A DNA stretch of 51,504 bases from the NCBI GenBank assembly GCA_026025795.1, contig JAPEUG010000087.1, positions 1 through 51,504 of the forward strand, in the 5' to 3' direction. Source of the stretch: Thelocarpon superellum (lineage: Eukaryota). The translations under genes were made by a program, and so were the position numbers. Under the pieces are notes generated by a model, which saw nothing but the letters and a program-made list of their open reading frames with translations, did no database searches and was not told the DNA's origin. Below, piece after piece: positions 26,099 through 38,168 of this stretch (position 1 is its first letter; each line of letters starts with the position of its first letter).

Positions 26099-28175
26099 AT
26101 GTTGCCCTACATCAACTACCGTGGGCCTCCCACTTCGCTGCCTCGGCTCCGTCTCTACTTCGACTGACCGGCTCTTGCCCAGCGTTCGAGTACCTCTCCA
26201 GCGTATCGGGTACCTCGTCAGATGAAGGTAAGTCGCCCACCACCCAGGGCACTCCCAGATGTTTGACAGCGACGGGACCTTGCAGCGAAGATCATCGTCT
26301 CCTTCCTGCTCTCCTATCCGTTGGCGGGCATCCTCAAGCGAATCCCGGATCGACGTCCGGCCCTCAAGAACCTCTTCATCATCGGGTACGCATATTTCCC
26401 CTTGATTTCCTCGGCCCCTGCTAAGATCCTGCAGGGTCTCGATTTTCTACCTTGTGGGGCTTTTCGACTTATGGGCCGGCTTCCGTACCCTCGTCATCGC
26501 CGCCGTGGGCGCATATGCCATCGCGGCGGGAATCGATGGCCCTTTCATGCCATGGATCGCCTTTGTCTTCCTCATGGGCCAGATGTCCATCAGCCACATT
26601 GCACGACAGCGTGCCAATGCCCCTGACGTCATCGACGTGACCGGTAGGTGGAATCCTGCCATGTTCGATGAGCCTGAAGGTTGTTGACCGGTCCCAGGTG
26701 CCCAGATGGTGCTTGTGATGAAGGTGTGATTCTTCATGCATTCATCGCCCTAGCAATACTGATAACGGTGTGACTGCAGCTCACGGCATTCTGTTGGAAC
26801 GTTCATGATGGCCGGCTCCCCGAGAAAGACCTCTCGGATTTTCAGAAGGAGCGTGCCCTACGCCAACTGCCAGGTCTTCTCGATTATACCGCCTACGTGG
26901 TTCGTACCTGGGCCTGCGCGGGCTAAGAGATTGCCGATGCTGAGTCAGGATAGTTCTTCTTCCCGTCGCTGCTGGCCGGGCCGGCCTTCGATTTTGTACA
27001 ATATCAGCGTTGGATCGAGACCAGCATGTTCGACATCCCCCCCGGCACTGACCCGACGCTGCGCCCTCGCACCCGCAAGCAACGCAAGATCCCGCGCAGC
27101 GGCACTCCGGCGATGTTCAAAGCCGTGACGGGTCTGCTGTGGGCGGCGGCCTTCTTCCAGTTTTCTCAGTGGTTTACCACGGACCTCTTACTGGGCGATG
27201 AGTATATGCAATATGGTTTGCTACGACGAGTCTGGATCTTGCACATGTTTGGCTTCACGGCACGGCTAAAGTATTATGCCGTCTGGGCCCTAACGGAAGG
27301 CGCCTGTATTCTGTCGGGCCTCGGGTACAATGGAGTTGATCCCCAGACGGGCCGCGTCCGATGGAATCGCCTGCAGAATGTGGCGCCCTGGCCGCTTGAG
27401 ACGGCTCAGAACACCCGAGCTTACCTGGAGAGCTGGAACATGAACACCAATCACTGGCTCCGCAACTACATGTACCTCCGGGTGACGCCTAAGGGCAAGA
27501 AGCCCGGCTTTCGCGCGAGTCTGGCGACCTTTGTGACCAGCGCCGTCTGGCATGGCTTTTGGCCTGGGTACTATCTGACCTTTGTGTTGGCTAGCTTCTT
27601 GCAGACCGTGGCCAAGAGTGAGTGCCCTTGTGCTCGCTTCTCTTCCAGGCTGCTCGACTGACCAATGCACGATAGACTTCCGCCGCCATATTCGGCCCTT
27701 CTTCTTGACGCCAACCGGGGCTGCCACGCGATTCAAGCCGATCTATGACTTTCTCTCCTTCCTGGCTACCCAGTTGTCATTCTCGTTTGCCGTGGCCCCC
27801 TTCATCCTCCTTGATCTCCACTCCTGTCTACTCGTCTGGTCTCGAGTCTACTTCTATTGCATCGTCGGCGTCGCCTGCTCCGTAGCTTTCTTCGCCTCAC
27901 CGGTGAAGCCCTTCCTGATCAAGACCCTAGAAGCCCGCAATGGTGCCTCATCTCCTCAGAAACGGCCGGGGCTGGCGGATCGACGGAGCACGAGTTCGCG
28001 CAGCACCAGCTCGAACGGAGAGGCTGGAAATGTCTTGGGTCTCCCAGGAGACCCGGTGAAGGATTTCGACGAGGCGCTGCACGAGGTGAAGGAGGAATTG
28101 GAGGCGCGACGGCAGGCTGGAGCCACCGTGACCAAGGCTGATGTGGACAATGTCAAGCGCGAGAAGGGATTGTGA
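26099..28175 (+). CDS. ALE1: MBOAT-family lysophospholipid acyltransferase, multi-exon
   Basis: Spliced N-terminus MLPYINYPFEY...SFLLSYPLA. Further motifs GAQMVLVMKL, WNMNTNHWLRNYMYLR and SAVWHGFWPGYY (catalytic His). Confidence 0.9.
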
Positions 28176-28408
28176 TCGTTGAAGAAGCAGCATCAAGCGT
28201 TAACTTGCGACGGACCCTGTAATTTCTCCATTCTATTCCTGCATCCTACCCATCTGGGCTGGATCAGCATCAAAGCGACGGAAAGAAAGCGACATTGGAA
28301 GCAATCAGAACTAAAGCGTTGGTGATATGCAAGAGCGGACAATCTCAACAAATGGAGACAATTTTGAAGCTTTGGAAATATACACAAATAAGGCTTGTCC
28401 GTGATTAA

Positions 28409-28489
28409 GCGGTGTTAGTATAACGGTAGTATTTACGCTTCCCAGCCGGGAATGTGCGTACCGCCCGGGTTCGACTCCCGGACATCGCA
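28409..28489 (+). tRNA. tRNA-Gly(CCC) with a 10-nt intron (28445-28454)
   Basis: Acceptor stem GCGGTGT/ACATCGC, anticodon stem TACGC/GCGTA with loop TT-CCC-A^T, and T-arm CCGGG-TTCGACT-CCCGG. Spliced length is 71 nt. A TTTTT run follows. Confidence 0.9.
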
Positions 28490-28494
28490 TTTTT
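28490..28494 (+). terminator. RNA polymerase III terminator (T5) of tRNA-Gly
   Basis: TTTTT lies immediately after the discriminator base, with a second T-run at 28501-28505. Confidence 0.75.
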
Positions 28495-28740
28495 GGTTCG
28501 TTTTTGGAGACCGAGGCCGTGGAGATGCTTCGAGTATTTTTGGGGATCGGGAAGCGTGAGTAACTAAGGGGTCCATCCACCTGCAAAAGAAGGGGATGAG
28601 TCCAGAAATGAAGTTATAAGTTACACGCGAATCTCGGACCACGCCACTTCGACCTCTTGTAGAGCTCTCCAACGAACGACGAAGGCGCCTGGGACTCTTC
28701 CGAGCTCTCTTAGACTCTCTAACCCGAGACAGCGGTGGTG

Positions 28741-29965
28741 ATGGGGTCCAAGATCCAAAAGACCATTACCAGATTGCAGGGAACGTAAGTGCGATCGTGC
28801 TGAGGGGAAAACGGTACCGATGAGCAAGGCTGACAATGTTCTGGCCGCAGCATCGAAGAAGGCCAGTACTATGAGGCGCACCAGCAGCTCCGGACCATAG
28901 CGTCGCGATACGTGAAGCAAGAGAATTACAGTGCCGCCGTCGACATCCTCTTCTCTGGCGCCCAATCGCTGTTGAAGGCTGGCCAGGGCGGGAGCGGCGG
29001 AGACCTGTGTCTCTTCCTCGTGGACGTCTACAAAAATGCCGAGCTCAAGCCGGACGCAGGGACGAAAGGTTGGTGGATGAGATGCCGGACGCGGAGGTAC
29101 ATCGGCTCAGATCGGTGCTGACGGGGGTTCCCGGGTCAGAGAAACTCCTCACGCTCTTGAGACTCTTCTCCCCGGATGAGCCCAGCCGGAAGAGATTCAT
29201 CGCGGATATGATTGCATGGTCGTCGGCCTTTGGGGAGTTTCCTGCTGGAGACCCGGAGCTGCACCACGTGGTGGGTACGCTCTACAGCGAAGGTATGCAC
29301 CGTGGTTCCAGACGGAAGAAACGTGCCTACAGCTCTGGCAGACAATAACGTTTACGACGCGGAACGACATTTGACGCTGGGGACGAAGGATTCGCCTGAG
29401 CACTTGATCCGGCTCGAATACGATTGGTATAGCGAAGACGACTCCCACACTGCTGCACTCTATGCCGCTCGAGCCGTGTTTCCCTATCTCTTGATCGGCA
29501 ACGTCCGTGACGCGACGAGATCCCTGCAATTGTTCACCAGTCGCCTGCGTGAGACGAACGGGAGCTTGAGCGTACAAGAGGTCGGCAGTGGGAGCGTGGA
29601 GGCGAAGCTCTACCCAAGCTTACCGCTGCTTAATTTCTTGAGTCTGTTGTTGTTGGCGGTCCAGCGAGGGAGCGCGGATCTGTATCGACAGCTCATGAAT
29701 CACTATGCCACGTACCTCCAGGAGACATCCAGCTGGGGCGAGGTGAGTGTCTACCTATGAGTTCGATCTCCATGATGCTGACGGTTTGTCATGGCAGTCG
29801 TTAGAGCTGGTCGGAGAAATGTATTTTGGCGTCCCCGTCCGACGACAGACGAATCCTTTGATGGATATGATGGGGAGCTTGTTCGGGGGTGCCGGGGGAC
29901 CAGCTGCACCCCCGACCAAATCACGCAAGATCCAAGCCGCACCGCCGGCAGCAGATTTGGACTAG
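28741..29965 (+). CDS. GET4: Golgi-to-ER traffic protein 4 (tail-anchored protein targeting), 5 exons
   Basis: Spliced motifs IEEGQYYEAHQQLRT, GQGGSGGDL, GDPELHHVVG, ARAVFPYL and LPLLNFL. The C-terminus is YFG...NPLMDMMGSLF...ADLD*. Confidence 0.92.
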
Positions 29966-30129
29966 AAAACGGTGGCTTGCGCTTCTTACCAAGGTTGAAT
30001 GGAAGAATAACATCCTAGAAGACATTTCCGGTGCTATCGACCAAAGCGGGTAGCAATAGGGACGGCGGGCAAACGAACGCTCCATCTAACGCCGCCAGGG
30101 AAGTAATGACCTTCGTAGCCAATTGTGCT

Positions 30130-30683
30130 TCAATCGTCCCCTTCACCTTCATACATCCAACTATCCTCCGAGAGGGACGCGACTTTACTACGCAGGCTGG
30201 CTTGAACGGCAGCAAGAAGTTCTGTGGCGTGTCAGCAAGCGATCGACGACTCGCACCAAGAACGATGGCACGACTAACCGGCAGGTTCACTGGGTGTTCG
30301 GTTCCTGTCTCTGCAATGGTGCTTGACGGCTTCTGATAGCCTGGCCTCTTCTTCTAAGGTGGAAAAGCGATTAGCCCAGGATCTTAGCAGCCGGAGAATG
30401 CCACCACCCCATGGCGTTGTGGTAGGCAAAACGCACTGTCCTTGTCCAACAAGTCGTCTGGCTTTTCGACAGGTATCAGAGGCAGTTCGACCTGGAAGTT
30501 GCCATTCTTGTCGCGAATCACAATGTCATTGTTGTGATCCGCGGGTGCGGTGTGTAGATTAGGCGCCGTGGCGCTGGATGAGGTCGTGGAGGCTGTTGGT
30601 CGTCGGCTGAGGTGATGATGGAAGAGATTCCGTCGGACGCCGGACGATGATGTGGCGGGCCGGGTGGTGTTACGAGAGTTCAT
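30130..30683 (-). CDS. Small hypothetical protein, 137 aa, 3 exons (30683-30437, 30353-30279, 30221-30130); candidate APC16-like
   Basis: Two canonical introns (GTGCGT...CTAAT...TTAG and GTTAGT...CTGAC...ACAG) join 247+75+92 = 414 nt in frame. The product ends ...PAELLAAVQASLRSKVASLSEDSWMYEGEGDD*. Confidence 0.8.
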
Positions 30684-30900
30684 GGCTACGGGCTTGCTTG
30701 GATGGAGGAAGGTGGGCAATGTGGATGTGTTTTGGACGGTGGCGAGGATAGTGGGGCAGCTCATCTCGGGACAGCTGGGGGTCGTGGTAGCTAGTTCCAG
30801 TCCAACACCAAACCGTCACGTCCACATCTCCATAGCAATCGGTCCACGAAACTCAGATCTTTTCCAGGTCTTTACAGTTCTCCTCTATGGAGTCTCCTTC

Positions 30901-32624
30901 ATGACAAGCTTCGACATCCAGCCCATCGGGCGATTTGCCGGGTCGAGTGCGGCGATCCGGCGGCCCAAGGTCGGTTCGGTGCTCGTCAAGTCCCCATCCA
31001 CCTACCGTGTACATACTGACTTCAGCAGGAAGTCACTTGTTTCTCTTACGATGATGACCATGTTCTACATTTGGATGATTCGTCCCTACGCTACTACTAT
31101 CCTCCACGAATGGGGGCAGATCTATCACGGGGATTCGACACCTTTCGGAAATTGGACGACACGGCAGATGATCATCTTGACAGCCTCTTGACGAGTATAG
31201 CGGCATTGGAGAAGGAGATGGGTACACGGTGCGATGCGGATGTCGTTACATGGCGGGGGATGATCACCAAGGTGCGGCGTGTGTTGGCTGGGCAAGAATT
31301 GGATTAATGGAGATGGCAGATCATGGCCACGCCTTTCGACCAAACGAATGGGTATGATCGAGTCGAGCCCCCGGCTGTGTCTAGTGCTGACCGCTTTGAC
31401 AGCTTCGAGATGAATGCCACATGTTTTCAAGTTAGCGATCCTACCGGGTGCCTTGTCCCTTTCTATGACTGACGCTGCGGCCTGGGCAAAGGGCACGATG
31501 TGAGTCTTGGGATTTGAAGGGGAGAGGTCGAGGATTCTGAGAAGAGAAAGCTTCATCGAAGAAAACCACGATCATAAGCTCGCTCGCTGGAAGAGTCAGC
31601 AGTCACAGTCCGGACGACCGGGTGCTCCGTCACAAGACGTGATGAGTTTCTGGGGTGAGCCTATGAGTTTCGCCCTCCAGTGGCCAGCAGAAAGCTGATG
31701 AGGTGCGACCAGGCTACAAATTCGAGACCTTATCCCTACTCCCCAACACATGGGCCGCAACGCCTCGAGAAGTGATCGACGGACGGGAGGACGAGGTTGT
31801 CAGTAACCACGCCCAATACTGTTCGGTTGTTCGGACGGGGATCGGAAAAGCAAAGATGATAATCGGGGGAGAAGTGGACGCGGGTAGGTCTCGGAGCCCA
31901 TGTCGACGCCCGTCATGATCCCCCCCAAGCTAAGACGAGCCACCCTCACAAACAGTTTGGGACAGCAAGCCCGAGTCCAAAGACGAGCCGATAAATTGGG
32001 TCGAGCTCAAGACATCCGAAGAAATCAGCAACGACCGGGACATGTTGAAATTCGAACGCAAGCTGCTCAAGTTCTGGATCCAGTCCTTCCTGCTCGGCGT
32101 GCCCAAAATCATCGTCGGTTTCCGCTCACGTAGTGGCATCTTGCAGCGTCTGGAAGAGCTCGAGACGAAAAACATCCCGTCGAATGTCAAACGAAAGGGC
32201 AAGGGCACTTGGGACGGGAATCTGTGCATCAACTTTACTGCTGCTTTCATGGACTGTAAGTTCCACTTCCACTTCCACTTCCACTTCCATTACTCGCGAT
32301 TTCAATTTCATCCGCGCAAGAAAAGAACAGGGACACTAATGATGTAACGGCTGTCCAGGGCTGAAAAGCACAATCACGACGCCGGCAAAGTACCGCATCC
32401 GACGGCGCGACAGATCGTCGATCATTGAGGTCGAGGAGATCGAACCGGCCCCCACTTCCTCTTACGCCCCTACAGCCCCCGCCACCCCTACGCCAAACAC
32501 CACCGGCCCGTCAAGGATCCTGACGACCGAATTCGTGGCTTGGCGCTTGGAACTGGCTTCCACTACTTCCCCTATCTCCAATAATACAATTGCTGATGCT
32601 GCCGACTCTGTTGGCCAGGTATAG
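30901..32624 (+). CDS. RAI1: Decapping/deNADding nuclease Rai1/DXO, multi-exon including an 8-nt microexon
   Basis: Motifs DVVTWRGMITK, WGYKFE, QYCSVVRTGIG, GGEVD, WVELKTS and KLLKFWIQSFLLGVPKIIVGFR. Confidence 0.92.
32261..32289 (+). repeat. (TTCCAC)4-5 microsatellite in the last RAI1 intron
   Basis: Read directly; it starts immediately after the GTAAG donor. Confidence 0.9.
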
Positions 32625-33178
32625 GGATGATGTTGGTAACCATCTTGGAGAACAAGTATCTTGGTTGTGTATCTACATGACTACAGAAGTATTCTCTATC
32701 AGTTGTGCTAGGTGTTTCCTCCCACCCCTCCCGCCGCTGTGGCGACTCGGCGCTATGAAGTAGGGACAGGCCCTGTCTCTATCGACACTCTCCCTGCTGT
32801 CGTCCTCTAGTACCAGCCTCAACGCGCCCCGGGTCGCGCAAGCGTAGAGCGGCGTCGCGCACTCGCTAAGTTGAGAAAGGCAATGGATGAATCGGCCACA
32901 AATATGAATTCTACCGGGCTAGGAAGGCAGTTCAAACGCTCGACCCAGCCCCTCCTCTTCCATCTGTAGCGAAACACACATTTTTTTGGTACCCTGCTCC
33001 TCCCGCTATCCCACACCAGCAAATGCAAATCATCCGAGTTCAAGATACCGCTGACGCTCTCGTGAAGAGAACGAAGAAGAGGAAAAGTTCATTTGTACAT
33101 GCGTTGAAGAGGAGTCGTGATGAAGGGAGAAGAGGAGAAGAGGAGAGAAGGAGAATTAGGAAATCTGCCATGCGCTGG

Positions 33179-33205
33179 TGCTGATGCTGATGCTGATGCT
33201 GATGC
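33179..33205 (+). repeat. (TGCTGA)4 microsatellite in the protease 3' region
   Basis: Read directly from the sequence. Confidence 0.85.
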
Positions 33206-33363
33206 CTCCCATAAGTGCAACGTGCCACATGCGATGAGCAATGTCGAAAACGCATAACCCCTGCTGTCCCTGCTCAGATCCCCCCCGTTCCATGCGTGGT
33301 CCATGCTGCGCCAGTGTCGAGAGAAAACGCCGAGATATAGACGGTAGAAGTAAAGGGATGAGA

Positions 33364-34936
33364 CTAGATGGCAAAGTTGACGGCCAGTGCACCAGCCAAG
33401 ATGCCCATGAGACCCATCTCCATCTTGGTGACGCCCAGGGCGACGGCGGCTCCGGTATGAGTCGGCGTAGTGGAGGGAAAGGCCGTGGCGGAGATGGTAG
33501 GCACGCCAAGCCGACCACCTGTCTCGCCTGGAGAGGCCGTGGCGGCGTTGGTGACCGTACTGGCGCCCGGAACCGCTCCCTTGCCCGAGCCAATCTCCTT
33601 AACGCTCGAGGAGGTTGCGTTGAAGACCGTCTGGGCCAGAGAGATCTCGTTGTTGCCGAGGTCGTACACCACGTAGGCGCTTCGAAGGAAAGGATCGCCC
33701 AACACGGCAGGACCTTGGCCGGCGGGCTCGATGGCGAAGAGACATAGCTGAGCCTCGCCCGAATCGCCGAACGGGCTATCCGTCTGCACCGGGATGGCCA
33801 GCTCCGCCATCGGCACGGAGATGGTGGCGCCCGAGAAGCTAAAGTCCAACGTCTGCGACTTGCTGATCACCGAACAGTCGATCGTTGCCAGTCCTTGCGT
33901 CGGATCGTACTGAGCATCGATGGCTTTGTAGAGCGCCTCGGACAGGTCGTCCGGCAGATAGGCGAGACTGCTGCCCGAGTCTAACAAGACCGCGTCATCG
34001 CGAGCGCCACCAATGCTCTGTCCGCCCAGAGAGAGACCGGTCAGGGCGATAAAGAACTCCTCGGGTTGTGACGATCCAGGATCCAATTGGATTGGCAAGG
34101 TCGACAGGTCGCCATGGTATTTGTCCGTGTCCACCCCGCCGAACAGGATCGATCCCGTATTGGCGTCGAGATCGTTCAGCCAGAGACTGTAGGCCGGGGA
34201 TTGGATCAGGTCTAGGGATACCAACGTTTCTGGAAAGTTCCGGTATTCTTGGGCGTCGCCGAAGATGACTTGCGCTTCGTGATCGGGATAGCCAATGCCT
34301 AGGATCCCCTGCGGAGAAGAGGACGCGTATCCGATGCCAAATTGCATCTTTGGGATGCTGTGGCCGCCAAAGACGAACGTATCCGTCGCGTAATCCCCTT
34401 CGGCGCCGGATGAATCGGCGTACGAGATGTTGAAATTGCTGTTCAGGTAGATGTACGACGAGGACGAGTTCGCGGAGTCTGGACAAGGTGTCAGCCCGAA
34501 AGTCCGCTTCCGTCGCTCCAATGGGGGCACATACAGACGCCAGCGGCTGCGCAGGGATCCTCGCCCGACCGGCAAAGTTGCGAGTTGGGCGCGTTGGTCC
34601 ACAGATCACTGCTGCCCGTGTCGAGGTTGACACTCAGTTGCTGGGGAGGAGTGCCCAGGCTGACATTGGCGACGTAGAGCGATACCTACAATCATAAGTC
34701 GGGCTCTCCAGGGCTCGAGGACTGGGAACCCAACGTACCATGTTGTCGAGGTCTTCCGAGACCGTTTTGATGCTGGCTCGTCGCCGTAATCGATCGCGTG
34801 CATGAGGATCCGACACGTGCTTCCGTTCGATATCCATTCCAATCACGGCTGGCTGGGCGCCGCGTCGCTCGAGCAGTTGGATCGCCTCCGAACTCGCCAG
34901 AGCGGCCATAAAGGCCAGAGCGAGAGCGTCTCGCAT
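33364..34936 (-). CDS. Secreted/GPI-anchored A1 aspartic protease (yapsin/OpsB-like), 3 exons
   Basis: Signal peptide MRDALALAFMAALASS. Catalytic motifs LDTGSSDLW and LLDSGSS, plus AYSLWLND and VLGDPFLRSAYVVYD. The Ser/Thr tail ends in a hydrophobic GPI-type signal. Confidence 0.9.
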
Positions 34937-36413
34937 CTTGGACAACGTGCGGTGCAGGCGCGACGAATGCAGGCAGTACGGTTGCGCTGAGAATGGCTTC
35001 TCCGCTGGTGTTCCGTTTGCGACTGAAGGCACGCTGGACAACGCACAAATTACCACGGCCAAGGCCAGGCGGGCGGTGATGCAGATTTATGAGGATCAAG
35101 ACGCGCATGTCCATGAGTGGCGTCCAGCCTGGGATACATCTACGCCTGCGAAGCCCAGGTGCTGACGACGTGCACTAGCTGCCGCGCAGGAGCCCGCCTA
35201 CCGGAGCTGCCCCCTTCTTGGTCCTAGGAGCTACCGAGGTGCTAAGGCCGTGGTGGCCAACCTGTGAGGGGCACCGATAAATTCATCCCAGCAATGGCGC
35301 GGGGGGGCGGAGTCGGCAAGCCGCCGCACCCCCGGCTACCGGATTTCGGTCGGGAGTAAGTGGCTGATGACGCGTAGACGACGCCCGGGCCTACGGCTCC
35401 GGTAGGCTAACCCGAGACCCAAACGGAGATCGTCTCATGCGCCCCCAGTCAACCATCCAGCCCATGCTGGTTATTTGACAAGGAAAATAGATCAGACCGG
35501 ATCAGACCCGGCCGAGAGCCTCAACGGCCAGCCCAGCCCAGCGTGGTGAACGACGATGTGACCGGCGTTGGCCAGCACCGCCTGGTCCAACGTCAAAGGT
35601 CTGAAGTTGCGCGCTTGGGCCATCGCTAGTCGGCAGGATCCGGCTTGGCCGCAAGCCTCGGTTTCGGCACCGGCGCGAGATCTGGCAGTGGTCAGAGGGA
35701 TCCACGCGACCGAGTGATGACACGGTAACAACGCTCATGTGGCAACTGGGGTTTGCATGACCAGCCATTTGACGGTACAGGACCACCCTAGACCAGAGAG
35801 GGCAGCAGCAAGACTCTTCCTGTCTCGGCGGCGAGGCTCCGACGAACCTCAACCTCGCACCTCCGTCGAGTCCCTGTAGCAGATCCCTGGTAAGGGTCCC
35901 CAAATGGTCCTCGGCCTTGGGTTCTTAATTTCGCGGGCTTCCACGTCGGTTTCTCACGAAAGGCAATCCCGAATTTTCGTCGTGCCCACCTGGAAGGACG
36001 TCTGCTTACGGACGGGCCTGTGGCGCGTCTCAGTCTCGCTCATGCATAGCAAGGGAATGTAAAGGTCCTCCTTCGTCATAAGGCGACCGAGGTGGGCCGG
36101 GGCCACGCAATCCTCCATCATTTGACGTGCAAGTATTCGTCACCCGTCACACTCTACTCGTACTCGTTCCGCGCGCCGTTACTCTAACCCGTTGCTCGTA
36201 CTCGTACTACGCACCGGTCCCCATGTCGCCGTAGCCCATCACGTGGCGACTTGTCGGATCGGTCGGTTCAGCGCGATAGTAATTAGCCACGAATGATACG
36301 AAGACTGAACGACGACGCGCAGCTTGCGCGAAAGTCACGTGCATCGCCGCGTTTTCCGTCAATGGACGTGGCGGTGCTCCTTCACCACTTGGGACCAGTA
36401 GGAGATCAACGTC

Positions 36414-37785
36414 ATGGTCAACGCAGAATCATCCTCGGCCGGTGCCCGAAGAGGCTTGCCCTTTACGGCCAATGGATCAGGGCCAGCGCTTGAGCTACCA
36501 TGGTATGGGGATCACGTAAAAGTGCGCCCCCACGGCCGACTCAAGCTGACCACGGCGGACGCACAGGGTGGAGAAATATCGCCCGGTGTATCTCGATGAT
36601 ATCGTCGGAAACACCGAGACCATCGAACGGCTGAAGATCATCGCCAAAGATGGCAACATGCCCCATGTCATCATCTCAGGCTTACCGGGAATTGGCAAGA
36701 CGACGTCCATTTTATGCCTCGCGCGACAGCTGCTTGGAGATGCGTACAAGGAAGCCGTTCTGGAGCTCAATGCAAGTGATGAGCGAGGTGGGTGGTGGCC
36801 GGCCTGACTGTACGATGGCCGAGGCTCATAATCGTCTTCTAGGCATCGATGTGGTTCGAAATCGTATCAAGGGTTTTGCCCAAAAAAAGGTCACCTTACC
36901 GCCCGGTCGACAAAAGTTGGTCATCTTGGATGAGGCGGACAGGTACGTTCACGGACACGAGCCACCACCTACAAATGCTCATTTCCCACAGTATGACGTC
37001 CGGAGCGCAACAGGCCCTTCGCCGGACCATGGAGATCTACTCATCGACGACGCGATTCGCCTTCGCGTGCAACCAGTCCAACAAGATCATCGAGCCGCTG
37101 CAATCGCGATGTGCCATTCTGCGGTACGCACGGCTGACGGACATCCAAGTGGTGAAGCGCATCATGCAGATCTGCGAGGCGGAAAAGGTGGAACACGCAG
37201 AAGACGGCATTGCCGCGCTGGTCTTCTCGGCCGAGGGTGACATGCGTCAAGCCATCAATAATCTGCAAAGTACCGTGGCAGGCTTTGGGTTCGTCAGCGG
37301 AGACAATGTCTTCAAAGTAGTCGACAGTCCGCATCCAATCAAGGTGCAAGCCATGATCAAGGCCTGTCAAGACTGCAAGGTCGACGCGGCGCTCGAGACG
37401 CTCAACGAGCTGTGGTACGCAGGCCATCCATCCATCCATCCCCACTTCCATCCAGCTACTGACTCGTCCAGGAATCTGGGATACTCGTCCCACGACATAA
37501 TCAGCACCATGTTCCGCGTGACCAAGTCAGTGCCGTCACTAAGCGAGCACCAAAAGCTCGAGTTCATCAAGGTGCGATTCCACCTCCTCGCAGACATTGA
37601 CCCCCAAAGCGATCGTCCATCCGCAAGGCGACACCAGCACTGACGACGAGGCCGATCATCAGGAAATCGGCTTCACGCACATGCGCATCCTCGACGGGGT
37701 ACAGACGCTGCTGCAGCTCTCAGGCTGCGTGGCGCGGCTCTGCAAGATCAATATGCCGCCGAATTTGTTCGTGGCTCCTACTTGA
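36414..37785 (+). CDS. RFC4: Replication factor C small subunit (yeast Rfc4 / human RFC2 type), 6 exons
   Basis: Motifs [49 protein letters not shown] and LQSRC. Confidence 0.93.
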
Positions 37786-38168
37786 GCCCGCTTCCTTCTT
37801 CCTCTCCCCCTTCCAGTTCCGCTTTCTTCTCTAGTCTGATCATCGTCATCACCGGCGTGGCGTTTCAACGCGGGACGAGAGGAGAAAGGAACAAGGAAAC
37901 TTCGAGGCGCACGAAATGTATCTCAAGGCTCATGATTTGATATACCTGAATGGAAGATCTTGTATCGTATCGCATATGCGTACAACATACAGACGGATCG
38001 TCTTGGTAAATTCCGGAACCTTGAATATTCACATACATGGACGAAGTAGAATTAGATGCGCGTCGCGTGCCGAATCCCTCCCATAGTTCCCCAAACACCC
38101 CCCGCCTTCCCTACCTCCATCCGTGTATTCCCTTCCTTCCCCTCCGTCTTCAAATATCCTTCAGAACG

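Noticed and set aside
17997..32624. CBP80 and RAI1 (plus CAF16) as an mRNA cap/decay cluster
   Set aside because: They are separated by several unrelated housekeeping genes, so there is no evidence beyond coincidence.
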